From: Saprolegnia diclina VS20
Taxonomy: Eukaryota
Reading direction: 5' to 3'
Assembly (NCBI RefSeq): GCF_000281045.1
Contig: NW_008246075.1
Coordinates: forward strand, 34,054-83,836
DNA: 49,783 nucleotides
Both the position numbers and the translations under genes were made by a program. The notes beneath the pieces are model-generated. The model worked only from the letters and a program-made list of their open reading frames with translations, was not told the origin of the DNA and made no database searches. Positions 11,301 to 23,010 of the stretch are shown here, piece after piece. Every line of letters starts with the position of its first letter. Within the stretch, counting starts at the first letter, position 1.

Positions 11301-11875
11301 GCCACGCCGCTGGTTCAAACTCTCTACCGCTACTTGCTCAAGGCGTTTTTGAAAATCATGCGCCTCGATACGTTTCCCGTCTTTTTCCTACTGCTACTCG
11401 TGACGCTGTGGATGCTGCTCTCGAGCACGCTCTGGCCATTGCTCACGCCCTTGTTGCGGCCGTTCTTAAGCTGTCTTCAACGCTGCGTCAAGCGACTCTG
11501 TGTGCGTGCGAGCGTGCACCCAACGGCAGCATTGGCGGACGATACCTCGCCGTTCCCGCCGTTCTCCGCGCTCTTTGAACGCCACGTGGGCATGAGCTAC
11601 GCCTGCGACGTCGCCAAAGGCTTTGTCGTGGACGAAAATGGCGTGCTCACGCGGCGCTGGCCGCAAACGGCAGCGCGCATGCGGACGTGGGAGGCCTTTG
11701 CGGCGCCCGTCAAGTCGTACGACATTGCGAAAAATCCGAAATACACGGTACCCACCCAGTTCGTTTTACAGGACGAGGTGCATCGTGGGTGTAGATGGCG
11801 GTGCAGAGCCTCGCGAGCGCCCAAGCCAAGGTTACGAACGACGCGATTCTGTCGGGAGGTTGCCCCGGCGAATAG
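8389..11875 (+). CDS. CSC1/OSCA/TMEM63 (TMC-anoctamin superfamily)-like multi-pass channel protein
   Basis: Multi-exon. Motifs GIGIQLYF, YAVRVKGLP (RRM-like cytosolic region), AYIVFE, APEPSNIIWENL and DFERDWYTSVG, plus many hydrophobic helices. The 3' end is uncertain (11875 if spliced, 11909 if not). Confidence 0.75.
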
Positions 11876-12688
11876 CCGAGCTCAACTGCAGTGGCATTTG
11901 CGCAGATAGGAGTTGCATAAAAGTGAATATTGCGCGTTCTACGATACTTGTATGTTCCGGAGAGCACGCTGCACTGGAGGGAGTCGAGAACTTGACCTTT
12001 GAGTTTATCGACTCGTGTTCGTACCGACGACGTGGGCCGTGGACGTGTTCGTACACCGTTCAGGTGCCAAATGTGCAACTGGTAGTCGTATCTGGTTGAG
12101 CAGGTTGTATTCGAAGTGACTTCGAGCCGGCCTCGATCCGTCAGTGTTTTCAAGGCCGTAAATGTATAGACTTTAAAGAGGCGTGGCGTTGTAAGCGCTC
12201 AACTGTCGTTGGAGTAGAGAACCCCGAACCGCAAGCAGAGACTCAGATTCCTAGCTCAATACAAGATAATCTTGCCAGGAATGTGAGATTTGAATGTACT
12301 GGGCCGCGCAGAAGGGAGCTGTGTACTTGGATCCAGAGGCCGTAGACGCAATCGAGTGCTTGTACTCTTGACTTACATTGGCCGAATTGGCAATTAGACG
12401 CGAAATGCCCACCCAGTGGGGATGCTGGCGCTGTTGCATGCATGGAGGAGATGGTGATGGGCTTGCTCCTGATACAATGAATGACACGCCGACAACGTGG
12501 CGCCCGTGCGACGACGATAGCTACAGTGCGTCGTTTCGGCCATGTCAAAGCACGTCAACGCTGTGGCGTGAGCGTACCACGCAGCAGTTGTCGCAATGTC
12601 CAAAGACGCAAAGCCACTGCATTGAAGCACAATAGATGATGGCGATGGCGAGACAGCCTGCCGCTTGCATGCAGCGGTGACGAGAGCT

Positions 12689-12949
12689 CTACGGTGTCAC
12701 CGGCGCCGTGGGCAGAAGGCGCGGGTCCAGCGTGCCATCGTCGTACATGCGGCGAAAGGCGTCGTCGGGCAGCTGCTGTAGGACAGCCTCGACGTCGGCG
12801 TCCGGCAGGCGGAGCGACTTGACGTAGTCGCTCGAGAGGTGCTTCGCTGCGTACATGCTGCTGCCGAGCCACCAGTCGCCGCAGGGCGAGAGGTGCAGGT
12901 ACACCGCCTCCTTGGTCGCAAGCCGCCGGACTTGGTGGCGGAAGTACAT
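12689..12949 (-). CDS. Small hypothetical protein (86 aa), possible mitochondrial presequence
   Basis: Clean ATG-TAG ORF with the host's C/G-ending codon bias. The N-terminus MYFRHQVRRLAT is Arg-rich and acid-free. CCAAT boxes lie upstream. Confidence 0.55.
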   Translation of the reverse strand: MYFRHQVRRLATKEAVYLHLSPCGDWWLGSSMYAAKHLSSDYVKSLRLPDADVEAVLQQLPDDAFRRMYDDGTLDPRLLPTAPVTP

Positions 12950-13210
12950 GGTGGGCGTCGTGGATTGGCCCTTTGAAGCTCACTTTTATCCAATAAAACG
13001 CAAGTACCCCAGTTAATTGCCGAATGTACACTGGATGATGCAAGGCAACGACCATGTTCCTCAACTTCTATGTACGCATCAGCAAGGTCGCCGCAAGGTT
13101 CTCTCGGCGAATGTGAGGTCGCTGAGCGTACCGGCATCGTCGATGGCTGTCATGTCCCGATGCGAACCGAATGGGCAATCAACTGGTTGAGGATGCGCTG
13201 AAACACGCCC

Positions 13211-13294
13211 TTTGATTGGCTTAAAATAAGAGATTGCCGCTGTGCGGATTGGATGAAAAGGTGCCATTTACATTCGCGACGCGCTTTGATTGGT
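13211..13294. promoter_or_regulatory. Cluster of inverted CCAAT boxes in the divergent promoter
   Basis: GATTGG at 13214, 13247 and 13288 (twice as TTTGATTGG), between the small ORF and ADA2. Confidence 0.45.
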
Positions 13295-13411
13295 TATATT
13301 CAGGTTTCGCGGAACCGGTGTTCTTGTTCGTCGGCCAAGACCAAGGTACGCGGCCGTTGCCGGGCGCGGCTCATGGACCGGCACCATGTAGGTCGATCCC
13401 CAAGCAGATCC

Positions 13412-14956
13412 ATGGGCGAATCCAAGGAAAAGGTAGAGCAGAATCACCATGACCATCCTGGGCTCATGATGAGGAGCGCAGGTGAGCTGCCAGTACTGTA
13501 CGCGCGACCTCACGCGCCTCATCCGCATCACGTGCGCCGAGTGCGCGCCCGAAAAGGGCCCGCTCGTGCTCTGCATCGAGTGCTTCTCGGTCGGCGTCGA
13601 AGACGTGCCCGGCGCGCCAGAGCACCGGAAGGACCATCCGTACCGCGTCTCCGACTGCTTGGCGTACTCGATCTTGGAGCCCGAGTGGACCGCCGACGAA
13701 GAGCTGCTATTGCTCGAGGGCATCGAGATGTTTGGCATGGGCAACTGGAAGGACATTGCCGAGCACGTGGCGTCCAAGTCGGACAAGAAGTGCGAAGCGC
13801 ACTACGTGACCGAGTACCTCAAGCTGCGCCACACCGGTGACGAGCCATCGCCGGCCAAGGCCAAGCCACCCGTTGCTGCGGTCGCCGACGACGATAAGGA
13901 AGAGATGGGCGGCGCCCTCGCCGGCTACATGCCGCTTCGCGGTGACTTTGACGTCGAGCACGAGAACGACGCCGAGCTCATCTTGGCCGACATGGAGTTT
14001 CACGACGACGACCACCCGACCGAGCGCGAGCTCAAGCTCAAGGTCATTGCGATCTACAACGCCAAGCTCGACGAACGCGAGCGCCGCAAGAAGTTTGTCA
14101 TCGCGCACGGCCTCCTCGACTACAAAAAGTACCAGCAAGTACCGTCGCGATCCTGGGCCAATGTGCTTTCTACCGATCCTGACTCTGCTAGGTCGAGCGC
14201 CGCCGCCCCAAGGAAGAGCGCGAGCTCATCGCCCAAGTCCGGCCGTTCGCTCGGTTCCACTCCAAGGAGGACCACGAGACGTTCGTGTCGGGTCTCCTCG
14301 CCGCGATGCGCCTTCGCAAGCAAATCGCACTGCTCCAAGAGTACCGCAAGCGCGGGATTCGAACTCTCGCCGAAGCCGAAATGTACGAGCTTGACAAGAA
14401 GAAGCGCGAGACCGAGCAAGCGCTGCAAAAATCGCGGGAAAGGTACCGTGCCCAGTTGTCGTCCTGGCGTGCCATGACCAACGTAGTGCTGCGTACCTCT
14501 ACGACTCGTCGCGCGGCCCGACCGCCAACCGGCAGCGCAACAGTCGGTGGCTCTCGCGCGAGCAGGACGGCGAGAGCGCGAGTGGCATCATTGACGGTGC
14601 ACCCGGCGCGCACCTTTTGACGCCCAAGGAGAAGGAGCTCTGTGCGCGTCTCCAGCTGTTGCCCAAGCAGTACCTTGTCATCAAGGACGTCCTCGTGCGA
14701 GAGAGCTACCGTCTCGGTCATCTGGATGCCAGCACTGCCGCCAACATGATTCAAATCGGTACCGCCAAGGAGGTCTCGAGGCGTCGAGGCTCACGAGGTG
14801 TGATGCGTAGATGCGACCAAGACAGGCCAGATTTACGAGTTCTTTGTGCACGCCGGCTGGGTGCGCAAGGACGGCAACGCGACGCTGACCAAGCTCGGCG
14901 AGGCGCCGACGCCGGACGAGTCGCCGGCCGCCAAAAAGCAAAAGACCGAGCTTTAA
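13412..14956 (+). CDS. ADA2: Transcriptional adaptor ADA2 (SAGA complex)
   Basis: ZZ finger (CQYC...CAEC...CIECF...H), SANT domain (WTADEELLLLEGIEMFGMGNWKDIAEHV), GYMPLRGDFDVEHENDAE, and a C-terminal SWIRM domain (KEKELCARLQLLPKQYL). First intron 13433-13481. Confidence 0.93.
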
Positions 14957-15495
14957 CCTCTGTCAACGCTGTCGATATCGTGCTTGTATTGTCTAGTTGC
15001 GTGTTGGGTTCGAGTCGAGCATGTAGTATGCTGAGCGCGCTTTCCAGAAGCTCGCCACGGAATCCTTGCCAACTTCAAGGCGAGACGCAGGTGACGGGTG
15101 CAGCATGTCGCGGTCGCGCTTGATCTTTTTGGCTGGCGTCAGTCCTCTTCCGCGCCCATCCTACGCTACCGAACGGTGTCGATCTCGGCGTTGCACCCAC
15201 ACGTCTGAAGCGCTATTCATTCTGGGCGCTCTAGAAGATCGCAAATAAGATCTGGAATCTGGTGCGCCGTCGTATCACAGGCTGCACAGTACACGCTCCC
15301 GCATTTCTATTTTATTTAATACCGTAATATTTGTATGCATTTATTTCATTTGCACGCTCCAGCGGGTGAGCCAGATGCCGGTGCAGCCAAAATCCAGAGG
15401 TGGTCGACCAATCCGAGCGCAGCGTCGCATTTGACTTCGTTTTGGAAAACCTGTGAAACGCGATATTTCGGGAAAAGCCACCTGCGATCCGATGG

Positions 15496-15583
15496 ATTCT
15501 CGAAGTTTCAGAGACGGTCGCCGCTCCAGATTTGATATCCTGTGAGACTGCATGCACCGGTCGCGATTGGAAGCTTCTGGAAG
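15496..15583. promoter_or_regulatory. Two perfect heat-shock elements
   Basis: aTTCt-cGAAg-tTTCa at 15496-15510 and gGAAg-cTTCt-gGAAg at 15569-15583, about 120-210 nt upstream of the Hsp110 ATG. Confidence 0.8.
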
Positions 15584-15675
15584 TGCCCTATTATGGCCAA
15601 TGAAACGCGTGTGTTTGGATTCGCGCAAGGCCATTGGTGGAAAAGATCCAGCGACTAACAGTGGTGGGCGATGCA

Positions 15676-15689
15676 TCATTTTGGCATTT
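15676..15689 (+). promoter_or_regulatory. Oomycete INR+FPR core promoter
   Basis: TCATTTTGGCATTT matches the TCATTYBNNNWTTY consensus and ends 15 nt before ATG 15704. Confidence 0.7.
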
Positions 15690-15703
15690 GAAGTAGAGCG
15701 AAG

Positions 15704-18129
15704 ATGTCGGTCATCGGGATTGACTACGGCAACGTCGAATGCGTCATTGGCCAGGCCAAGCGCGGTGGCATTGACATCATCCTCAACGAGAACTCGAACC
15801 GCAAGAACCCGTACGAGAACCATCCTATATGATCGGATGACCTCATGATGGTTCTAGGTGCATGGTCTGCGTCTCGGGCAAGCAGCGCTACATTGGCGAG
15901 GGCGCCGTGAGCATGGCGCGCACGCAGTACAAGAACACGGCCACGGACGTCAAGCGCCTCATTGGCCGCAAGTTTGCTGCCGCCGATGTGCAGGAAGAGA
16001 TTGCGCTCTACGGCTTCAAGTGCGTCGAGCTCCCGAACGGCCAAGTGGGCATTGTGCTCAACTACAACGACACGCCGACGACGTTTTCGTGCGAGCAGGT
16101 CGTCGGTATGTTCCTCAACAAGATGCAGGCGATCGCGGCTGTCGCCAACGAGGGCGTCAACCCCGCGTACTGCGTCATCTCGTGCCCGGGCTACTTTACC
16201 GACATGCAGCGCCGTGCGATGCTCTCGGCGTCCAAGATTGCCGGCATGAACTGCCTCCGCCTCATGAACGAACACACGGCCGTCGCGCTCTCGTACGGTA
16301 TCTACAAGTCGCTCCGCAACCTCTTCCACGAGTCGGAGCCCGAGCACGTCATGTTTATCGACATTGGTCACTCGGGGTACACGGTGTCGGTTGTCGCGTT
16401 TGTCCAGGGCAAGCTCCAGGTCAAGTCGGTCGCGTACGACCGCTTCCTCGGTGGCCGCAACTTTGACATGGCGCTCGCCAAGGACGTCTCGGAGAAGTTT
16501 GTCGCCAAGTACAAGAAGGACCCGCTCGCCGACGCCAAGTCGCGCATCAAGCTCCTCGGCGCGTGCGAGAAGGCCAAGAAGAACCTCTCGCCGCAGGGCG
16601 TCAACTCGACCACGCTCGCGGTCGAGTGCCTCGTCGACGAGATCGACTACAACGCCAAGATCGACTTGGAGGAGTTCGAGACGCTCATTGCGCCGCTCCT
16701 CGACCGCCTCGAGGGCCCGATCGTCAAGGCGCTCGCTGACGCCGGGATCACCAAGGACCAGCTCTCGTGCGTCGAGATTGTCGGCGGCGGCGTGCGCGTC
16801 GCGTCGGTCAAGCGCAAGCTCGCCGACATCCTCGGCCTCGACAAGGAGAAGCCCAACTTGGGCCTCTCGACGACGCTCAACGCCGACGAAGCGGTCGCCC
16901 GCGGCTGCGCGCTCCAGTGCGCGATCCTCTCGCCGCTCTTCAAGGTCAAGGACTTCTCGATCGCCGACATTGTCAACTTCCCCGTCCGTGTCTCGTGGGA
17001 GAAGGCGTCGTCGGACGCGCTCAAGGACGACTCGATCGGCGACGATGACGAGCCGTCGCTCGGTGCCGGCGACGCCAACTCGGTGCTCCTCTTTACGCGC
17101 GCCGATGACTTCCCCAAGACGAAGCGCGTGAGCTTCCGCCGTGCCGAGACGTTTACGATTGACGCTGCGTACGACGAGACGGCCACCGAGTACCTGCCGC
17201 CGTCGCCGTACCATTCGATCGGCAAGTTCACGGTCTCGGGCATCCCGGCCGGCGAGACGGACGAGGTCCCGCGCATCCGTGTCAACATCAAGCACGACAT
17301 CCACGGCCTCGTCGAGGTGGCCTCGAGCCAGATGATGGTCGAGATCAAGGAAGAGGAGCCCAAGGAAGGCGAGGAAGCCTCGGAGGAGAAGAAGGAAGAG
17401 CCCAAGAAGAAGCGCTTCCGCAAGATTGAGCTCAAGGTGACGCCGTCCGTGAACGGCCTCACGGTCGCCGAAGTCGCCAAGGCGACGGAGGAAGAGCTCG
17501 CGATGGCCCAGCAGGACCGCATCATTGAGGAGACGGCAAACAAGCGCAACGAGCTCGAGACGTTTGTGTACGACCTCCGCAACCACCTCGGCGAGAAGTA
17601 CGCCGAGTTTGTCGCGGCGCCCGAGCGCGACGACATCGAGAACCAGCTCAACGACATGGAGGACTGGCTCTACTCGGACGAGGGCTTTGACTCGATCAAG
17701 TCGATCTACCAGACCAAGCTCGACGGCCTCCGCGCCATCTGCAGCCCCATCGATGCCCGCTACGTCGAGCACTCGGAGCGCCCGGTCGCGACCAACGAGC
17801 TCAAGGCCGTCATTGACGAGTACAAGCGCCTCGCCAACTCGACGGACGAGGCCTACTCGCACTGGTCGGACGAGGACTGCAACACGCTCCGCAACGCGGC
17901 CACGACCATCGAGACGTGGCTCTTTGACCAGCTCAACGCGCAGGCCGCCGCGAGCCTCACGGTGGCGCCGGTCGTCACGGCCGCGGCCATCCGCGCCAAG
18001 ATTGTCGAGCTCCGCGCGTCGGGGCTCCCGATCATCACCAAGCCCAAGCCGCTCCCCAAGGTCGAGGCGCCGCCGGCCCCGTCGGCCGCCGACGACAACG
18101 CCGAAGGCGACAAGATGGATTTGGATTAA
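15704..18129 (+). CDS. HSPA4: Hsp110/HSPA4 (Sse-type) Hsp70-family chaperone
   Basis: MSVIGIDYG...GGIDIILNENSNRKNP, intron 15811-15857, RLMNEHTAVALSYGIYK, VEIVGGG, TTLNADEAVARGCALQCAILSP, EDWLYSDEG, and C-terminal MDLD. Confidence 0.95.
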
Positions 18130-18384
18130 CTACTAGTAGGCGAAAAGACGTGAATATATACCTCGTACCCACTCGATTCGCCCGTCTCTGGCTCAAAAGA
18201 GGACTCTACCAGCGACGACCTGGACGGCAGTCCAAGTTGACTGTGGCGCACGCATCTGTGAGGCCCTCGGCCATGGCTGCGCAGGTTGACCGGCGTCAAC
18301 GGCCACTCTGTAGTCAACATCTGAGGACCGCCACCAGCACGCATGCCACCCAAGAAGGACAACTTGTCGCTATTACCAGAAGCG

Positions 18385-18403
18385 TATATATATATATATA
18401 TAT
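18385..18403. repeat. (TA)n microsatellite
   Basis: 19-nt alternating TA run between the convergent Hsp110 and dynactin genes. Confidence 0.9.
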
Positions 18404-18436
18404 GAATGTAAGTGGAAGGACGACGGAGAAGCGGCC

Positions 18437-21400
18437 TTAGCACAAGAGGGCTCTCGAGAGCGTGTGGAGTTCGGACGACGAGAGGACGACCTTGACGGGA
18501 TTGCACTTGCCATGCGGACCTGGGAACGTCAGGCGGCCGACGCGCGCCGGCACATCGATCGCGGATATGTGGACGCTGTCGACGCTGCGGCCAGAGAATG
18601 CGACTTCGTTGGCGTGGACCGCCGCAATCACGTCGGCGCCAAAGCCTTCGGTGGCGGCTGTCGACGCAATTTCGGCGCGCAGCGTCTCGATCGTCTTGGC
18701 GAGCGGCACGATCGATGACGTCGCCGGCGACGTCATGGCGGTCGCGCCTCCGACCACGTACAAGGACGGGAGCGACGCCATTGCGAGCACTTGGCTCTCG
18801 ACGCGGCGAACATTCTCGGCGCAGGCGGCGAGCTTGGAGGGCAGGCGCACGGGCGGCAGCGGCGCGATGGCGGCCTGGAGGCGTTCCAGAGCGGTCTCTT
18901 GTCGCAGCCGCTGCATTGAGACGTGCATCTCGGCCAAGGCGGCTTCGAGCGCCCGGACCTGACTGGACGAGACGGTCGACGACGACGAGGCTGCTGTCGA
19001 CGTCGCCTCTTTGGTCGTGGTCGGCGTCGACGGAAGGTCGCTGTTGCGCCGCAGCTGCTTGCGGAGCTGGCGGTGCGCGCTCTCGAGCGCCGCACGCTCC
19101 TTGTTTTGCTCGGACAACATTTGCTCAAACTGGGCGCGTTCGTGGGTCAGCTGCGACTGGAGCTTGCTCGTCACACTCGTTTCATTCGCGACTGCGTCAC
19201 TGAGGCGCGTCACGTCGTGTTCGAGCTTTTGCACAATGACGCGCGATTGGCTCTCGGTCTTCTCGAGTTCTTTGAGACGCGCCTGCAGCGTATGGCAGAC
19301 GTCGGTCGTCTCCTCCAGCGACGTCAGGAGCGTCGACGCGCTCGCGAGCTCGGTCCGCACCATCTCGGCGCGGAGTTCCCACGTCGGCTGGCGGCGCGCC
19401 GGCGGCACGGGGCTTGGCACCAATACGCACGCATCCGTGAGCGCGCCTTTGGCCACGGCCTTGTACAGCACCGAGAGTCGCTCCTTGAACGACTGCAGCT
19501 GTGTCTCGGTCGTTAGCTCCCCGCTCTCGAGTGCGTACGCCTGCAAATGACCCAGGACGTCGCCGCCGACAACCGTCGCCAGCACATGCTGGTGTTCGCC
19601 CGCGTCGTCGTCGTCGCCACTCGATGCGTCGCCGCCGAGGTCCAGCTCGGCGCGCCGCGCGACTTGAAGCGCAAGGTTCCACACGGCGCCCCGGAGCTCG
19701 AGCGGAAGGTCGTCATGCAAAAACGCAATCGCGCAGTGCAGCGAGAGGATCGAGGCGTGGGCCTGCGCTTGGAGCTTGATGAGCGACGCTTGCGTCACCT
19801 GCGTGAGCGGGAAGAGTGCACTCCACTCGGCCGCCACCGACAAGAGACGGTCCGACGACGACGGCTGCGCGTCACTGCCGCCACTCAAGCCACCGTCGAC
19901 ACCGAGCGAGACAAGGACACCGTCGAGCGCCACGTCGAGTTGGTGCGTCGATGGCCCGTCGAGCTGCACAAGAAGCGCCTGAAACGCCGTGTCGCCGGCG
20001 GTGTGCAGCGACTGCTGCGCGTGGGCAATGGCCAAGCGGACGTGCAACAAGCGCACGCCCAGCGCCCACTCGTACGCCAACCGAGCCTTCTCGAGCGGAT
20101 TCCCGAGGACGTCGGACGTGAGCGACGAGACGTTCTTGAGCACATGGTTGAGCACGACGTCGACGTTGCCGTGGAGGCGCGAGAGCAGCAGTCGGACCTT
20201 GAGCGACCGGTCGTCCGCCTCGGTAAAGACGGACGACGGCAGAAGCGACCGCAACCACGTTGCTTCGACCCGTGCGCTCTCAGCGGCCACCTTGGCGCGC
20301 GCCGCCTCGACCGTGCTCGCGCGCGCAGTGGCCAATGCCTGGCGCAAGCTCAGCGTTTGGCTCAGCACCGCGTGCGTCGTGTCCTTCATCGACTCGAGCT
20401 CGCCGGCTTCGAGTCGGAGCTTTTCGCGGAGCGCCGACATTTCTTCGCGGTTCCTGTGCGCGAGTTCGCGGAACCGATGCACGGTGCGTTCTTTGTCGTC
20501 GACGTTGGCTTGGGCGGACGCGAGGCGCTCGTGGAGCTCGGTGACTTTGGTGCGCAGCGTCAGAAGCTCGGACCGGAGGTCCTTCTCGAGCAAGTCGTGC
20601 TGGTGCTCCATCTCTTCGCTCATGTCTTTGAGGGCTTCGAGCGACGCGACCGACGCTTCGAGGTCGGCGACACGCTCGCCAAGACTCAGGTTCTTCTCGG
20701 TGAGCGCTTCGACCATGGCCTCGTACGCGCTGGCGACATCGAGCATCTCCTTGAGCTCGTCGTTTTCATGCGCCACCTTGGCCATCTTGGCCGACACGAC
20801 CTCGACTTCGTCGCGATAGCTCGCGAGCTCGTTCGCTTGGCGCGACGCCTCCTTGAACGACTTGGTCAGCTCCATCTTCTCATCGGCGTATCGGTCGTGG
20901 AGCGCCTTGATTGCTGTACGGAGCTTGGCGTTCTCTTCGTGAACGCTGCTCGAATGGACGTCCAAGGGCATGTGCGACGAGTCGCCGGCGATCTCGGCAG
21001 CCAGCGTGAGCTTCTCGACCTCCATCTCGGCGTCTTCGAGCCGCTCTTCCGCAATCTCCTTGTCCATTGCGAGCGTCTCCTTCTCCAGCGTCAGCATCTC
21101 GACCGTGTCGTGGAGGTCGGCGAGCTGCGCGTTGAGCGTCTCGATCTTGCGGGCCGCCGCCGACGCCTTGGCTTGGGCCTGTGCGACCTCGTCCGTCCGC
21201 GCTTGTTCGGACGCAGTAAACTGCGCGTTGCGATTCCGGAGCGCGACGAGCTCGGACGTTGCGGCTTGCAGCTCGTGCAGTTGCTTGTCGAGTGCTGCTT
21301 GGAACGACGCTTCTTTGTCCTCGATCGTCTTTTCGAGCTTTGTGACCTTGATTTCAAAGTCCTTGCGCATCTTGGCGGCGAGTGCAATGCCTTCGTCGCG

Positions 21401-22102
21401 CAGCTCACGCACCTTCTCGTCGTACTCGGCCCTGGCGTCGAGCACCGAAGTCGAGGCTGCGGGTGCCGGTGTCGGCGCCTTTTGCGCTTCGAGGAGCTCG
21501 GCTTGGAGACTGGCAATGCGCTCGTTCTTGAGCTCGAGGTCGTGCAAGAGATTCTCAATCTTGTCATGCGCGTGCTCAAGGGCTTCGTGCTCGTCGATCG
21601 ACCGAATGGAGCGTGTCGAGCGCGTCGACTCGGTCGGCGACGGAGGAAGTGAGAGCGGTGCTGGCGCGGCCGCGCGCCGGGACGGCGACGAAGGTACTGT
21701 GAGGCTCGAGCGTCGCGTGAGCGGGCGGTCGGTCGGGAGGCGCGGGCTGGTCTTTTTAGCTGGCGCTGGCGCAGCGGGCGGCGTGAGCGACGTCGTCGAT
21801 GACCGCTTCTCGCGCATCTGCAGCAGGCGGCTCGTCGCCGACGATGATGTTGACGTCGTCGTGCCATGCGTCGGCGGCGTCGAGCCACCACGCGCGAGCC
21901 GGACTTGGGACTTTTTGGCAAACAGGCCAAAGTTGGGTTCGCACTGGAAGTAGCGCACGCCGTTGATCTCGCCGTCGTTCTTGCCTTCGGGCGCATCGAG
22001 CTCGACGCCGACCCAGTCGCCCTGCGCAAACTCGGTCGTCCCGAGGAAGCGGACGACGCCGGTCTTGCCGCCGACGACGAGGACGCGGCTCCCAAGCTCC
22101 AT
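18437..22102 (-). CDS. DCTN1: Dynactin subunit 1 (p150Glued)
   Basis: N-terminal CAP-Gly (GVVRFLGTTEFAQGDWVGVELDAPEGKNDG), a basic S/P region and long coiled coils with EMLTLEKE...DKEIAEE and AYEAMVEALTEKNLSL. Intronless. Confidence 0.92.
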   Translation of the reverse strand: MELGSRVLVVGGKTGVVRFLGTTEFAQGDWVGVELDAPEGKNDGEINGVRYFQCEPNFGLFAKKSQVRLARGGSTPPTHGTTTSTSSSATSRLLQMREKRSSTTSLTPPAAPAPAKKTSPRLPTDRPLTRRSSLTVPSSPSRRAAAPAPLSLPPSPTESTRSTRSIRSIDEHEALEHAHDKIENLLHDLELKNERIASLQAELLEAQKAPTPAPAASTSVLDARAEYDEKVRELRDEGIALAAKMRKDFEIKVTKLEKTIEDKEASFQAALDKQLHELQAATSELVALRNRNAQFTASEQARTDEVAQAQAKASAAARKIETLNAQLADLHDTVEMLTLEKETLAMDKEIAEERLEDAEMEVEKLTLAAEIAGDSSHMPLDVHSSSVHEENAKLRTAIKALHDRYADEKMELTKSFKEASRQANELASYRDEVEVVSAKMAKVAHENDELKEMLDVASAYEAMVEALTEKNLSLGERVADLEASVASLEALKDMSEEMEHQHDLLEKDLRSELLTLRTKVTELHERLASAQANVDDKERTVHRFRELAHRNREEMSALREKLRLEAGELESMKDTTHAVLSQTLSLRQALATARASTVEAARAKVAAESARVEATWLRSLLPSSVFTEADDRSLKVRLLLSRLHGNVDVVLNHVLKNVSSLTSDVLGNPLEKARLAYEWALGVRLLHVRLAIAHAQQSLHTAGDTAFQALLVQLDGPSTHQLDVALDGVLVSLGVDGGLSGGSDAQPSSSDRLLSVAAEWSALFPLTQVTQASLIKLQAQAHASILSLHCAIAFLHDDLPLELRGAVWNLALQVARRAELDLGGDASSGDDDDAGEHQHVLATVVGGDVLGHLQAYALESGELTTETQLQSFKERLSVLYKAVAKGALTDACVLVPSPVPPARRQPTWELRAEMVRTELASASTLLTSLEETTDVCHTLQARLKELEKTESQSRVIVQKLEHDVTRLSDAVANETSVTSKLQSQLTHERAQFEQMLSEQNKERAALESAHRQLRKQLRRNSDLPSTPTTTKEATSTAASSSSTVSSSQVRALEAALAEMHVSMQRLRQETALERLQAAIAPLPPVRLPSKLAACAENVRRVESQVLAMASLPSLYVVGGATAMTSPATSSIVPLAKTIETLRAEIASTAATEGFGADVIAAVHANEVAFSGRSVDSVHISAIDVPARVGRLTFPGPHGKCNPVKVVLSSSELHTLSRALLC

Positions 22103-23010
22103 CGTCGTTTTGGATTTTATTTTATTTTTATTGCCGCAGCGTCGCCGATCTTGTGCGTGGCCTTTGAAATAATACCATACAAAGAACAAATGAGTGGAAT
22201 AAAAATACTTGAGCTGGAGATTCCCTCAAAGCAGTCGACACTCAATTGTAAAAAAGGAAACAAATGAACGTGGCGACGCGGCCACCGTCACACTGGGACT
22301 GCCAGGCGTCGCAGCGATACTAGTGCGATCGCAGCCCGCGACCATCTCTAGACGCAGAAGACAACGGTTTGTCTCTGCTGCTCCACCGCACTCGGTCGGC
22401 CAATGCGAGGATGCACCTGCGGCTTTCATCCGGATAAAGGACGTATGTTTTGTATGCAATACAAACGACAAGTGCCGGGCCGATCTTCCGGATAAACATG
22501 ACCATGGCGATCTTCAGACTTGAAATTTGTATATGAAACATTTCGCATCCTGTGAAACGTTTTACTTGAAGTTTGTATGCTCGTGGCGGGCGGCGGGATT
22601 GGGTTCAGGACTGTGAGCCACGCTACTCAAGTTGCCCGGAAGGACCGATGGCAACCCACCCGCGCCGTACGCGCAACTAGACGGCCCAGCTAGCTGCAGC
22701 CATGGTGGCGGCGCCCGGCGACGGCCAAGCCTCCGGTATCCGCAGCGCGGCCGGACGAAGCGCGTCGACGAACCCCGCGACGATCCCAGTACTCGACACG
22801 CTCGACGACGACATGGACAGGTGATTGCCCCTCGACCGGTTACCAGACATGTGTCTCATCGGGACGCATAAGGTTTGCACGCGAGGTCGCTTGAAGAACC
22901 GAGCGGGTCGGTCCACAGAGGAATATTCCTTGAGAACATTCCGTGGGTGCGCATCGTCCGATAACGGGCCTCCGGATACCGGTACCAGGTTGGCGTCACA
23001 AAATCAAAGC

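Noticed and set aside
15724..17862. 712-aa antisense ORF opposite Hsp110, reminiscent of the claimed hsp70/NAD-GDH antisense gene pair in the oomycete Achlya
   Set aside because: It has no dehydrogenase motifs. Strong C/G-ending codon bias removes TTA/CTA/TCA codons and so removes antisense stops. The same effect appears opposite other genes here.
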